The notes beneath the pieces were generated by a model that was not told the DNA's origin, ran no database searches, and was given only the letters and a program-made list of their open reading frames with translations. This document shows, in pieces, positions 18,354 through 29,826 of a stretch of 64,000 bases of DNA. The stretch comes from Verrucomicrobiota bacterium (GTDB taxonomy: Bacteria > Verrucomicrobiota > Verrucomicrobiia > Limisphaerales > CANJSG01): assembly GCA_038203875.1 (NCBI GenBank), contig JBBRDN010000002.1:701-64700 (forward strand), read 5' to 3'. A program made the position numbers and the translations under genes. How positions within the stretch are numbered: position 1 is the first letter of the stretch; every line of letters begins with the position of its first letter.

Positions 18354-20327
18354 ATGTCCCGAGTCGTTCTCCTGCTGGTCCTGGGTCTGGCGCTGGCCCG
18401 CGGCGTGACCGCCCAGCCATTGATCGGCATCACGGACAGTTGGGCCTACTCTGTCGGCGTGGCGGAACCGTCCCCGTCCGATCCGCCGGCATGGCAGCGG
18501 GTCGGCTTCGATGATTCAAGCTGGCCGCGGGGGCCGATGGGCTTCTCCGCCGGCGTGCACAACGAGGCGACGCCGCTCTTCGGCATGGCGGGATCCTACA
18601 ACTCCGTGTTCCTTCGCCGGCAGTTCGTCGTCACGAATCGGGCGGACATCGCATGGCTATACCTGCGGCTCGATATCGAAGACGGTGCGGTCGTCTACCT
18701 CAATGGAACCGAAGTCCATCGCCTCGGCCTTGCGGGAAACCCCGGGACAGGGGTGCCGTTCAACGCCGCCGCAGCCAACCGGGATCGAACGGGACCCGAT
18801 GACATCGATGTTTCCGCGTCTCTGCCCCAACTGGTCAACGGCACCAACGTGCTGGCCATCCAGGTCCATTCCAGCGGCCCGTTCGACGCGAACCTTGCCT
18901 GCATCGCCGAACTGCTCGCGAACTTCACGCGCGGCCCGATCGTCCAGAGCGTCACGACGAACTCGGCCAAGGTGCTCTGGAAAACGGGCTCCAACCTGAC
19001 CGGCCGTGTCGAGTTCGGGCTCGCTGCCACGACGGAACGGTCCACATCCCTTCCGGCCGACGCCCCTCTCCAGATCGCGGCCCTCACCGGACTCCTGCCG
19101 GGCACGAACTACGTCTACCGGGTCGTCGTCTCCGACGGCGTGCGAACCGGCCGGTCCATGATCTCGACCTTGCCGACCGCCCCCACCAATGGGGTGACGC
19201 GCTTCAGCGTGCTCGGCGATTCTGGGAACGGCGGCCTCGCGCAATACGCCGTCGCCGCGTCGTTGCGAACCTGGAATCCCGACCTCGTGCTCCATATGGG
19301 CGACGTGATCTATCCGGCATTCTCGAACAGCCTGGCCGACATCCGTTGCCTCTCGGTCTACCAGCGGCAAATGGCCTCGACGCCCTACTACTTCACGTTT
19401 GGCAACCACGACCTGTATTCCAATGACGACGCGCCCTACCTGAATTCGTTCGCCCTTCCGACCAACTCGGCCAGCGGCACGTCGCACTACTATTCCTTCG
19501 ACCACGGGGACGTCCACTTCGTGTCCGTCTTCCTCCCGACGCTCACTCCCTTCAGCCAGCAGGCGACCTACGGTCTTTCCGATGGCTCGGCCCAATACAA
19601 CTGGCTGACCAACGACCTCGCCACCACGTCGCGTCGGTGGAAGGCGCTCTTCTTCCATGCGCCCATGAACACGTCGTCCGCACACCGCTACGATGATCTG
19701 AACGGCAACGGGACCTACGACCGGTTCGAGATCTCGACGATTCTGGATCCGGTCTGCGAGCGTTACGGCGTGCAGCTCGTGGTCAACGGACACGACCACA
19801 ACTACGAGAGGTTCCGTCCCAAGGGCGGGCTCACGAGGATCGTCTCGGGAGGCGGTGGTTATGCGCTCTACGGGATGGTCGAGCGCGATCCGGAAAGCGT
19901 CTGGTTCCAGAGCATGCACCATCATCTCCGCGTCACGGTTGAAGGCGATTGGATGAAGACCGAGGCGGTAGCGACGGACGGAACGGTGATCGATTCAACC
20001 ACGATTCCGCGCGTGCCGCCGGCTCCAGGAGTCGACTCCGACAACGACGGGCTCACCGACGAGCAGGAGCTGGCCGCCGGAACGGATCCGCGCGACGCGA
20101 CGTCTATGGTCAAACTGCAGCTGACCAATCAGCCGACCGGTCCACTGCTGTGGTGGAAGTCCATTCCCGGCCGCCGCTACGACCTGCAAGTGGCGGCCGA
20201 TTCCCCCACCAACTTTAGCCGCATTGCTCCGTCCTTCCCGCGCACGGCCCAGGGAACGAACGAGACGTTCTCCGATACGGAAGCGGCCACCACGCCGCGC
20301 TTCTATCGCCTCAATGTCGGTCCCTGA
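18354..20327 (+). CDS. secreted metallophosphoesterase (purple-acid-phosphatase-like) with a C-terminal FYRL-ending module
   Basis: Signal peptide; GDSGNGG, GDVIYP, FGNHD and NGHDHNYER metallophosphoesterase motifs; DSDNDGLTDEQE (thrombospondin-type-3-like); ends ...RFYRLNVGP. Confidence 0.8.
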   Translation: MSRVVLLLVLGLALARGVTAQPLIGITDSWAYSVGVAEPSPSDPPAWQRVGFDDSSWPRGPMGFSAGVHNEATPLFGMAGSYNSVFLRRQFVVTNRADIAWLYLRLDIEDGAVVYLNGTEVHRLGLAGNPGTGVPFNAAAANRDRTGPDDIDVSASLPQLVNGTNVLAIQVHSSGPFDANLACIAELLANFTRGPIVQSVTTNSAKVLWKTGSNLTGRVEFGLAATTERSTSLPADAPLQIAALTGLLPGTNYVYRVVVSDGVRTGRSMISTLPTAPTNGVTRFSVLGDSGNGGLAQYAVAASLRTWNPDLVLHMGDVIYPAFSNSLADIRCLSVYQRQMASTPYYFTFGNHDLYSNDDAPYLNSFALPTNSASGTSHYYSFDHGDVHFVSVFLPTLTPFSQQATYGLSDGSAQYNWLTNDLATTSRRWKALFFHAPMNTSSAHRYDDLNGNGTYDRFEISTILDPVCERYGVQLVVNGHDHNYERFRPKGGLTRIVSGGGGYALYGMVERDPESVWFQSMHHHLRVTVEGDWMKTEAVATDGTVIDSTTIPRVPPAPGVDSDNDGLTDEQELAAGTDPRDATSMVKLQLTNQPTGPLLWWKSIPGRRYDLQVAADSPTNFSRIAPSFPRTAQGTNETFSDTEAATTPRFYRLNVGP

Positions 20328-20395
20328 TCAGTCTCAGCGCGCGCATGGCACCTGAGAACCATTGCCCCGAACCATCTCCGGTCTACGGTCGCGCC

Positions 20396-22738
20396 ATGCT
20401 TCGTCGCTCTGTTGTCCGACTCCTATGCCTGCTCGCAGCCGTTTTGGTTGCGGCCCGCTCGACGCCGGCGGCGGAAGCGGCCAGACCATCCGCGAACGGC
20501 CATTCGACCAACAGCGCGCCGATCACCACGGACGCCGCCGAAGCGGCCATCAAGAAATTCACCGTCGCGCCCGGCATAAAGGTCGACCTCTTCGCGTCGG
20601 AACCGCAGCTGGAGAATCCCGTGGCCATCAGCGTGGATGAACGCGGCCGTGTCTTCGTGGCGGAGACACATCGCTATCGCAACGCCGTCTTCGACGTGAC
20701 GGTGAAGACCAACTGGCTGCTGCCCGATCTTTCCTTCCGCACCATCGGCGACCGCGATGCGTTTCTCCGCGAAACCTTCGCCACGAACCTCGCGATACTC
20801 ACGCAGGACTCCGAGATGATCCGCCTTGTCGAGGACCGCAACGGCGATGGCAAGGCGGATACTTCGTCGGTCTTCGCCCAAGGCTACAACGAACCCGTTT
20901 CCGGCGTCGGCGCCGGTGTGCTCGCGCGCAACGGCCAGGTCTGGTTCACGTGCATACCGGACTTCTGGCAGATCACGGAAACCACCGGCCCTTCGGACAA
21001 ACCGCCCGAAGCCGTCCGGAAGAAGATCGCTTTCGGCTTCGGCGTCCACACGGGCGTGAGCGGCCACGACCTGCACGGGCTCACGCAGGGACCGGACGGC
21101 CGGATCTATTTCAGCAGCGGCGACCGTGGCTTTGTGGTCACCAACCTTGAGGGCAAGGTTCTCAGCCTGCCCGACGAAGGCGGCGTGCTCCGCTGCGAAC
21201 CCGATGGCACAAAGCTGGAGATATTCGCGCGTGGGCTGCGCAATCCGCAGGAACTCGCCTTTAATCATCTCGGCGATCTCTTCACGGACGACAACGACAC
21301 GGCCGGGCCGGACGACTCGCGCGTCATCAACGTCGTCGAACGCGGCGACTACGGCTGGCGGGCCTCGTATCAATTCGCGCCAAGCTTCGGCCCTTGGATC
21401 ACGGAGAACGTCTGGCGCGGCGGCATCGACGGCACTCTGCCCTACGCGGGACTCGCCGCCCAGGGACCAAGCGGATTGGCGTTCAATCCGGGCGCCGGAC
21501 TGGGCGAAAGATGGAGGGACCATTTCTTCGTGTGCGATTTTCCAGGCGGAGTCTGGGCGTTCTCGGTTGAGCGAAGTGGCGCGAGCTACAAGGTCTCCAA
21601 GCGGGAGAAATTCCTCTGGAACCTATGGCCGACCGACGTCGATTTCATGCCGGACGGATCGTTGCTGGTCGCCGATTGGGTGGGCGGCTGGGGCCAACCG
21701 CAGAAGGGTCGGCTTTACACACTGCGATCGAGCGAACGGGCCACCACCAACGACACGGCCGCGCTGCTGTCTTCGCTTGGCCAGAAATCGATGCGAGAGC
21801 TGATCGGGTTGCTCGGACACGACGACTACCGTGTTCGTTTGGCAGCGCAGCTGAAGGCCGAACGTGGATCAAAGCGGGACGGCATCGCGATCTTCGAAAA
21901 CGTCACCGCGGAGCAGATGCTTCTCGAAGTTGCCGCTTCGGCCACGAATCGCCTTGCGCGCATCCATTCCATATGGGCGCTGGGAAACATCGCCCGCCGT
22001 GGCTTCCACCAGCAGGCGGCCAAACTGATCGGGCTGGGACTGCGCCACGATTCGGATCCGGAGATCCGCGCACAATATGGCCGAACCCTCGGAGACTCCT
22101 GCGCGCTCGAGCCCGCATGGCGCGAGGCCGCCGAGCTTGCCAGGGACCCGGAGCCGCGCGTTAAAATGCTGGCTTTGCTCAGCCTTGCCCGCCTCGGCCG
22201 CGCGCTCGGCAAGCCGCCGATCGATCCAACCGACCTTCTGGTCTCGCTGGCCCGTGAGAACAACGACGCGGATCCCTTTGTCACCCATGCCCTCGTCGAT
22301 GCGGTCGTGCCGCATGCAGCCACCCCGGGCCTGCTCGCCAAACTTGAAGGTGATTCCCAACCGGCCGTCCGCCGCATCGCCCTGCTCACCCAACGCCGCA
22401 TGGGACAGCCGGAAATCGCCCGATTTCTCGCCGACGCCGATCCGCGGCTCGCGACCGAAGCAGCGCGAGCCATCAACGACGTTCCGATCCCCGGGGCGAT
22501 GAACGCCCTCGCCCAACTGCTCACATCGGACAACTGCCCGACGAACGCAGTCACCCGCGCCATCAACGCAAACTTCCGTCTGGGCGGACCTGAGCCCGCA
22601 CGGACCGTCGCAACCTACGCGGCCCGAAAAGACGCCCCGCCAGCCCTTCGAGTGGAGGCGCTGAATGCGCTGAGCGATTGGAACAAACCGAGTCCGCTGG
22701 ATCGCGTCATGGGTCTTTGGCGTCCGATTGCCCCCTGA
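20396..22738 (+). CDS. PVC-type membrane-bound-dehydrogenase-like protein (beta-propeller plus HEAT repeats) without a heme-binding domain
   Basis: FTVAPGIKVDLFASEPQLENPVAISVDERGRVFVAET is the hallmark N-terminus of the Pirellula/Verrucomicrobium-type dehydrogenase family. The C-terminal part has HEAT-like repeats. There is no CxxCH anywhere in the ORF. Confidence 0.7.
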   Translation: MLRRSVVRLLCLLAAVLVAARSTPAAEAARPSANGHSTNSAPITTDAAEAAIKKFTVAPGIKVDLFASEPQLENPVAISVDERGRVFVAETHRYRNAVFDVTVKTNWLLPDLSFRTIGDRDAFLRETFATNLAILTQDSEMIRLVEDRNGDGKADTSSVFAQGYNEPVSGVGAGVLARNGQVWFTCIPDFWQITETTGPSDKPPEAVRKKIAFGFGVHTGVSGHDLHGLTQGPDGRIYFSSGDRGFVVTNLEGKVLSLPDEGGVLRCEPDGTKLEIFARGLRNPQELAFNHLGDLFTDDNDTAGPDDSRVINVVERGDYGWRASYQFAPSFGPWITENVWRGGIDGTLPYAGLAAQGPSGLAFNPGAGLGERWRDHFFVCDFPGGVWAFSVERSGASYKVSKREKFLWNLWPTDVDFMPDGSLLVADWVGGWGQPQKGRLYTLRSSERATTNDTAALLSSLGQKSMRELIGLLGHDDYRVRLAAQLKAERGSKRDGIAIFENVTAEQMLLEVAASATNRLARIHSIWALGNIARRGFHQQAAKLIGLGLRHDSDPEIRAQYGRTLGDSCALEPAWREAAELARDPEPRVKMLALLSLARLGRALGKPPIDPTDLLVSLARENNDADPFVTHALVDAVVPHAATPGLLAKLEGDSQPAVRRIALLTQRRMGQPEIARFLADADPRLATEAARAINDVPIPGAMNALAQLLTSDNCPTNAVTRAINANFRLGGPEPARTVATYAARKDAPPALRVEALNALSDWNKPSPLDRVMGLWRPIAP

Positions 22739-25700
22739 TTCCAGCTGTTCCAAACGCACGGCAAAACTCCCACTTCGCACCCAGATCTCGATCGTCCCCA
22801 ACGTGGACATCGAAAACTCGTTACCGTTAATCCGAGAACATCAGCCACCCAAAGGGTTCCGTTGCGGGTCATCACCCAGCTCCTCAGGCCTTCACGTTGA
22901 TTCCACATTGCAGACACGAGATTAGCCGCAACGCCACAGCGCCCGGCCAATGAACCGTGGGGCTAATACATGAACGAACGTCTAGGCAAGCAGGCTGCAC
23001 CTGTTAGGCTTAACCCTCACTTGTTCGTTGACCGCGCTCCGGTGCCGCAAGGTGGAGGACGGGTCAGCCCTCGGTCAGGCAACGATTGAGCCGATAGAGG
23101 AAGGAACGAATCGAGAGATATGAGCAACGACAGTGCAGAGAGTGTGGGCAGCGCCAACGTGGGGTTCGTCGAAGAACTCTACGAGCGATGGGTGGGCAAC
23201 CCCGCCTCGGTGGCCGCGGAGTGGCAGGAAAAATTTGCCAACGGGTTCATGCGCGACGGCGATGAGCCAACCCCGCGATTCGGACCCTCGTTCGAGGCCA
23301 AGAGCCTTTTCGCCTGCGGACCCGCGCCAGCCACCGCACCCGAGATGCGCGCCACCGCGGCCTTGCAGGACAAGGTCGACCAACTGGTGCGCGCCTTCCG
23401 TTTCCGCGGGCACATGGCGGCGCAGCTGGATCCCCTCGACCAGCCGCGCACGGCCGTTCCCGAGCTGGACCCGGCGTTCTATGGATTGACCGAGGCCGAT
23501 CTGGAAAAGGAGTTCTCCGTCCAGGGCGTCGGGCCCAAGGACCGGCCGGTGATGAAGCTCCGCGAGATCGTGGAGAACCTCCGCAACACCTACTGCCGCT
23601 CAATCGGCGTCGAATACATGCACATCGACGACGTGACCATGCGCCGGTGGCTGCAGGTGAGGATGGAACCATGCGAGAACCACATCGATCTCAAACGCGA
23701 ACAACAGGTCCGCATCCTCACCCGTCTTACAGATGCGGTGATGTTCGAGGAGTTCATCCGGAAGAAGTTCATCGGGGCGAAAAGCTTCTCCCTCGAAGGT
23801 TCCGAGAGTCTGATCCCCCTGCTCGACCTCGCCGTCGAGAAGGCCGCCGAGCAGGGAGTCACGGAGATCGACATGGGCATGGCCCACCGGGGCCGCCTCA
23901 ACGTGCTCGCCAACATCATGGGCAAACATCCCAAGATCATCTTCCGCGAGTTCGCTGATCTGGAGCCCGAGAAGTATCGCGGCGGCGGCGACGTGAAATA
24001 CCACCTCGGCTACAGCCGCAAGGTGAAGACGGCCTCCGGCAAGCAGGTCCACATCTCGCTTTGCTTCAACCCGAGCCACCTCGAATACGTCAACCCCGTC
24101 GTGCTCGGCCGAGCCCGCGCCAACAGCGACCGCCTCGGCGATACCGAACGCCGCAAGACGCTCGCGCTGCTCATCCATGGCGACGCGGCTTTCGCCGGAC
24201 AGGGCGTTTCGCAGGAGATCCTCAACCTTAGCCAACTCCCGAACTACCGCACCGGCGGAACGCTCCACGTCGTCGTCAACAACCAGGTCGGCTTCACCAC
24301 CTCGCCCGAGGAAGCCCGTTCGACGATTTACTGCACCGACGTGGCGAAGATGCTCCAGGTCCCGATCTTCCACGTGAACGGCGAAGACCCCGAAGCCGTC
24401 GCCCAGGTCGTCAGCCTTGCGATGGATTTCCGCGCCACGTTCCAGCGCGACGTGATCATCGACATCTACGGCTACCGGCGCCTCGGCCATAACGAGGCCG
24501 ACGAGCCGGCCTTCACCCAGCCCCTGCTCTACAAGCTCATCGAGAAACGTAAGCCGGTCCGAGAGGGCTACCTCGACCACCTCCTTCAACTCGGCGGCAT
24601 CACCCGCGACGAGGCGGACAAGATCGCGGAAGAAAGCCGGCTGGCCCTGGAGGAATCGCTCGCCGAGTCCAAGCGCACCAAGCTGCCCAGCGAATCCGCC
24701 ACCGGCATCTGGGCCAACTACACCGGCGGCCTCGACACCAGCGTGGCGGAAGCGGACACCGCGCTGCCAATGGAGCGCCTTTCCGCCCTGCTCGTGAAGG
24801 CCGGCGAAGTTCCCGGCGGCTTCACCCCGCATCCCAAGATCGCCAAACTCCTCGAAGGCCGCCGTGAAATGGCCGCCGGCAAGGCGCCGCTCGACTGGGC
24901 CTGCGGCGAAGCGCTGGCCTTCGCCTCCCTCGCGACCGACGGCTTCCGCGTCCGCCTTACCGGCCAGGACTCCGGCCGTGGCACCTTCAGCCATCGCCAC
25001 GCCGCGTTGCACGATTTCAACACCGGCAAGATCCACGTCCCTCTCCAACATCTCGCGCCGAACCAGGCTTCCGTCGAAGTGCTCAACAGTCCCCTCAGCG
25101 AGATCGCCGTGCTCGGCTTCGAGTATGGCTACAGCCTGGAATGGCCGGACGGGCTCGTCATGTGGGAGGCGCAGTTCGGCGATTTCGTGAACGTCGCCCA
25201 GGTGATCTACGACCAGTTCATCAGCAGCGCGGAGAAGAAGTGGAAACGCCTCAGCGGCGTCGTGATGATGCTGCCCCATGGCTACGAAGGCCAAGGACCG
25301 GAACACTCCAGCGCCCGCCTGGAACGGTTCCTTGCCACATGCGCCGAGGACAACGTGCAGGTCGTCCAACCGACGACGCCCGCGCAGTTGTTCCATCTCC
25401 TGCGCCGCCAAGTTCTCAGGAAGATCCGCAAGCCGCTCGTCGTCATGACGCCCAAGAGCCTGCTGCGTCATCCGAAGGTGGTTTCGTCCTTCGACGAGTT
25501 TTCCAAAGGCGGCTGGCAGCACATCATCCCCGATGCCGCCGTCGACCCGAAGGCCGTGCGCCACGTGCTCCTTTGCTCCGGCAAGATCTTCTACGAACTC
25601 GACGCGCAGCGTGAGAAGCTCGGCCGTCGCGACATCGCCCTCCTCCGCGTCGAACAGCTCTACCCGCTCGCCGAGCAGACGCTCTTGAATGCGCTCGCGC

Positions 25701-25958
25701 CTTTCGGACCCGCGGTGCCCGTCACCTGGGTGCAGGACGAACCCGAGAACATGGGCGCGTGGTATTCCATCCGCCTCCGCTTCGGAGACCTTCTTTCACG
25801 CACGCGCGTCTTCGGATGCGTCTCGCGACCGGCCTCGGCCAGTCCGGCCACCGGCTCGCACAACAGCCACAAGCAGGAACAGGAACACCTGATCGCCGCG
25901 GCGTTTGCCACCCCTCTCCCGCTCGGCGGCGAAATCCCAAACCAGGAAAACGGAACAC

Positions 25959-27182
<1,224 letters not shown>

Positions 27183-27230
27183 GGCTGATCGTTCTCGATC
27201 TCCTCCTCTTTCTCGGCCTCGATTCCAGAG

Positions 27231-27671
27231 ATGAACCCCTACTTCGCCCACGAGCGGCTTGAAGTCTATCAAGCCGCTCTACAATTCATCTCCTGGAATG
27301 CCCGACTGACGCCCGATCTCGCGCCGCCACCAAAGATACGAATCGCCGAAGTTACCGATCAACTCGACCGGGCCAGCCTCTCGGTTTTGTTGAATATCGC
27401 CGAAGGAAACGGAAGAAGGAGGCGGCCCATCCGGGCAAAATTCTTCGACGATGCAAGGGGTTCGGCCACCGAATGCGCCGCTTGCTTGGACGCTCTTGTG
27501 GCGAAGGGGGCGGTGGCCGATCTACGAATCGACGAAGGAAAGGCCCTGTTGGCCAGAATCACCGCGATGTTGAGCAAGCTGGTCGCGATGTTTGAAGAAG
27601 AAGGACTGAAGGAGGACCCCGTGGAATACCGGGTTGGTGGAGGTTTCGAGAACGAGAAGGAGAGCGAGTAA
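27231..27671 (+). CDS. four-helix-bundle protein (23S rRNA intervening-sequence protein / Avd family)
   Basis: LEVYQAALQF...QLDRASLSVLLNIAEGNGRR...FFDDARGSATECAACLDAL matches the family signature (NIAEG, GS..E). Confidence 0.8.
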   Translation: MNPYFAHERLEVYQAALQFISWNARLTPDLAPPPKIRIAEVTDQLDRASLSVLLNIAEGNGRRRRPIRAKFFDDARGSATECAACLDALVAKGAVADLRIDEGKALLARITAMLSKLVAMFEEEGLKEDPVEYRVGGGFENEKESE

Positions 27672-27675
27672 GAGA

Positions 27676-29064
27676 ATGAGCACTTTCGATTTGATCATCA
27701 TCGGCGGCGGTCCCGGCGGTTACGTCGCCGCCATCCGCGGCGCGCAGCTCGGCCTCGCGGTCGCCTGTGTCGAAAAGGAGTCCGCCCTCGGCGGCACCTG
27801 CCTGCGCATCGGCTGCATTCCCAGCAAGGCCCTGCTCGAATCCAGCGAGCTCTACTCCGAAGCCAAACACGGCTTCGACAAACACGGCTTCAAGGTCGGC
27901 GAAGTCACCCTCGACCTCGCCACCATGCTCAAGCGCAAGACCGACGTCGTCTCGCAGATGACCAAGGGCGTCGAATTCCTGCTGAAGAAAAACAAAGTCA
28001 CCCGTCTCTTGGGCCACGGACGCCTTCTCGGCAATGGCCGGGTCGAAGTCGCCTCCGCCGACGGCAAGGCCGAGACCGTTTCGGCGAAGCACATCATTCT
28101 CGCCACCGGCAGCAAACCCGCCGTCCTGCCCGGCATCGAGCTCGATGGCCAGATCGTCGGCACCAGCACCGAGGCGCTCACCTACGACACGGTGCCGCAC
28201 CATCTCGTCGTCATCGGCGCCGGCTACATCGGCCTCGAACTCGGCTCCGTCTGGCAACGCCTCGGGGCCAAGGTCACCGTGGTTGAATACATGGACCGCA
28301 TCGCGCCCGGCATGGACCGTGAACTGGCCGACGAAGCGCAGAAGATCTTCGCCAAGCAGGGCCTCGAATTCCGCCTCAAACACAAGGTGCTTTCCGCGAG
28401 AGCCGAGAACGGCAAGGGCGTCGTTGTCTGCGAAGGCCAGGAACCGATCGTCGCCGACAAGGTGCTCGTCGCCGTCGGGCGTGTGCCGAACACGGACAAG
28501 CTCGGCCTCGACGTCGCCGGTGTCGCCACCGACAAACGCGGTCGCGTCGAAGTGAACGACCGTTTCGCCACCAACATCCCCGGCATCTACGCCATCGGCG
28601 ATGTGATCAAGGGCCCCATGCTCGCGCACAAGGCCGAGGAGGAAGGAATGGCTTGCGCCGAGTTCATCGCCGGCAAACACGGCCACGTGGACTACAACTC
28701 CATTCCCGGCGTCTGCTACACCCATCCCGAGATCGGCAGCGTGGGCCAGACCGAGGAACAGTTGATCGAAGCCAAGGTCGAATATCGGAAAGGTGTCTTC
28801 CCCTTCAAAGCCAACGGCCGCGCCCACGCGCTCGCCCAGACCGATGGCAAGGTGAAGATCCTCGCCGACAAAAAGACCGACCGCATCCTTGGCGTCCACA
28901 TCCTCGGCCCGCGCGCTGGCGACCTCATCGCCGAAGCCGCCGTGGCCATGGCCTTCAAAGCCTCCGCCGAAGACCTCGCGATGGCCTCCCACGCGCACCC
29001 CACGTTGGCCGAAGTCATCAAAGAGGCCGCCCTGGCCGTCGATGGCCGGGCGATCCATATCTGA
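27676..29064 (+). CDS. lpdA: dihydrolipoyl dehydrogenase (E3)
   Basis: IIIGGGPGGYVAA, redox-active GGTCLRIGCIPSK, and C-terminal HAHPTLAE. Confidence 0.93.
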   Translation: MSTFDLIIIGGGPGGYVAAIRGAQLGLAVACVEKESALGGTCLRIGCIPSKALLESSELYSEAKHGFDKHGFKVGEVTLDLATMLKRKTDVVSQMTKGVEFLLKKNKVTRLLGHGRLLGNGRVEVASADGKAETVSAKHIILATGSKPAVLPGIELDGQIVGTSTEALTYDTVPHHLVVIGAGYIGLELGSVWQRLGAKVTVVEYMDRIAPGMDRELADEAQKIFAKQGLEFRLKHKVLSARAENGKGVVVCEGQEPIVADKVLVAVGRVPNTDKLGLDVAGVATDKRGRVEVNDRFATNIPGIYAIGDVIKGPMLAHKAEEEGMACAEFIAGKHGHVDYNSIPGVCYTHPEIGSVGQTEEQLIEAKVEYRKGVFPFKANGRAHALAQTDGKVKILADKKTDRILGVHILGPRAGDLIAEAAVAMAFKASAEDLAMASHAHPTLAEVIKEAALAVDGRAIHI

Positions 29065-29163
29065 CGCTCAGTCCAGGACCCGCACAACGCAACCTTCTGA
29101 AGCCGCACCCCGCCGCGTGAGGGCACACGGCCAACAAAAAAGCTCGGGAATCACCTTGGTCTT

Positions 29164-29194
29164 GTAGGCCCGGTCCCCTGACCGGGCGTTCTTT
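29164..29194 (+). repeat. GTAG-headed perfect hairpin (REP-like), a possible lpdA terminator
   Basis: GTAG-GCCCGGTC-ccct-GACCGGGC followed by GTTCTTT, 100 nt after the lpdA stop. Confidence 0.5.
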
Positions 29195-29248
29195 GACGGG
29201 CTGTTAGGGCAGGGTGGAGACAGGCACACCGGGAGGCGATGCCACTCG

Positions 29249-29707
29249 TCACTTTCCCGCGACCTTGAAGGCGACGGCCACTGCTCCGGCTGCGCCCTTG
29301 GACCAGTTCGGACGCTTTCCTTCCGGATTGAACAGTTCCTCGGCGCGGTCCCGCCACTTTTGATCCGGCGCACAGCCTAAGGCCTTTTTGAGGCTTTGGG
29401 GCGCAACCTTGATGACCCGGTAACCACCCTGGGTCGCCGCGAGTTCCACCATGGCTTCGCCCTTGATTGCTTCCAGACAGGAGCCAAACCGACCGGAGGA
29501 GCATTTCAACAACGCAATGAGGGAACCGGCGCCTTTCCTCTTGCCGTCAAAGATGGTGCCGAGGGTTTTCAGCAGCTCGACCAGATCCTGGCCCGAGCGG
29601 GTTTGGAACGGAACCGGTCGAATCGCCGTGGGCACAAACTTGCCTCCGGCACGTTTGCTCTCCGCAATGACCACTGAGGACTTCGTTGAACTCACGCCGA
29701 ATATCAT
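29249..29707 (-). CDS. hypothetical protein
   Basis: ATG 29707 (MIFGVSSTKSS...) gives a 152-aa protein-like sequence. The upstream 97 codons of track ORF 29249..29998 are Arg/Pro-rich and overlap a better small ORF in another frame. I recognised no family. Confidence 0.5.
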   Translation of the reverse strand: MIFGVSSTKSSVVIAESKRAGGKFVPTAIRPVPFQTRSGQDLVELLKTLGTIFDGKRKGAGSLIALLKCSSGRFGSCLEAIKGEAMVELAATQGGYRVIKVAPQSLKKALGCAPDQKWRDRAEELFNPEGKRPNWSKGAAGAVAVAFKVAGK

Positions 29708-29826
29708 GCGGGCAGAAGCGTGAAGGAATTGTCGGGGAGGTCGTGGCGTGTGCGTGGGCCGACGGCTGGCCATACGGGCGTCGCGACAGGCATCCTGCCT
29801 GGGCGGGTTGCGCAACGGTTCGTCGA

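Noticed and set aside
22728-22925. 65-aa ORF directly after the truncated dehydrogenase-like gene, checked as a possible frameshifted continuation carrying the heme domain.
   Set aside because: It has no CxxCH and no resemblance to a cytochrome-c domain in any of the three forward frames. It is too short to represent the missing roughly 250-350 aa.
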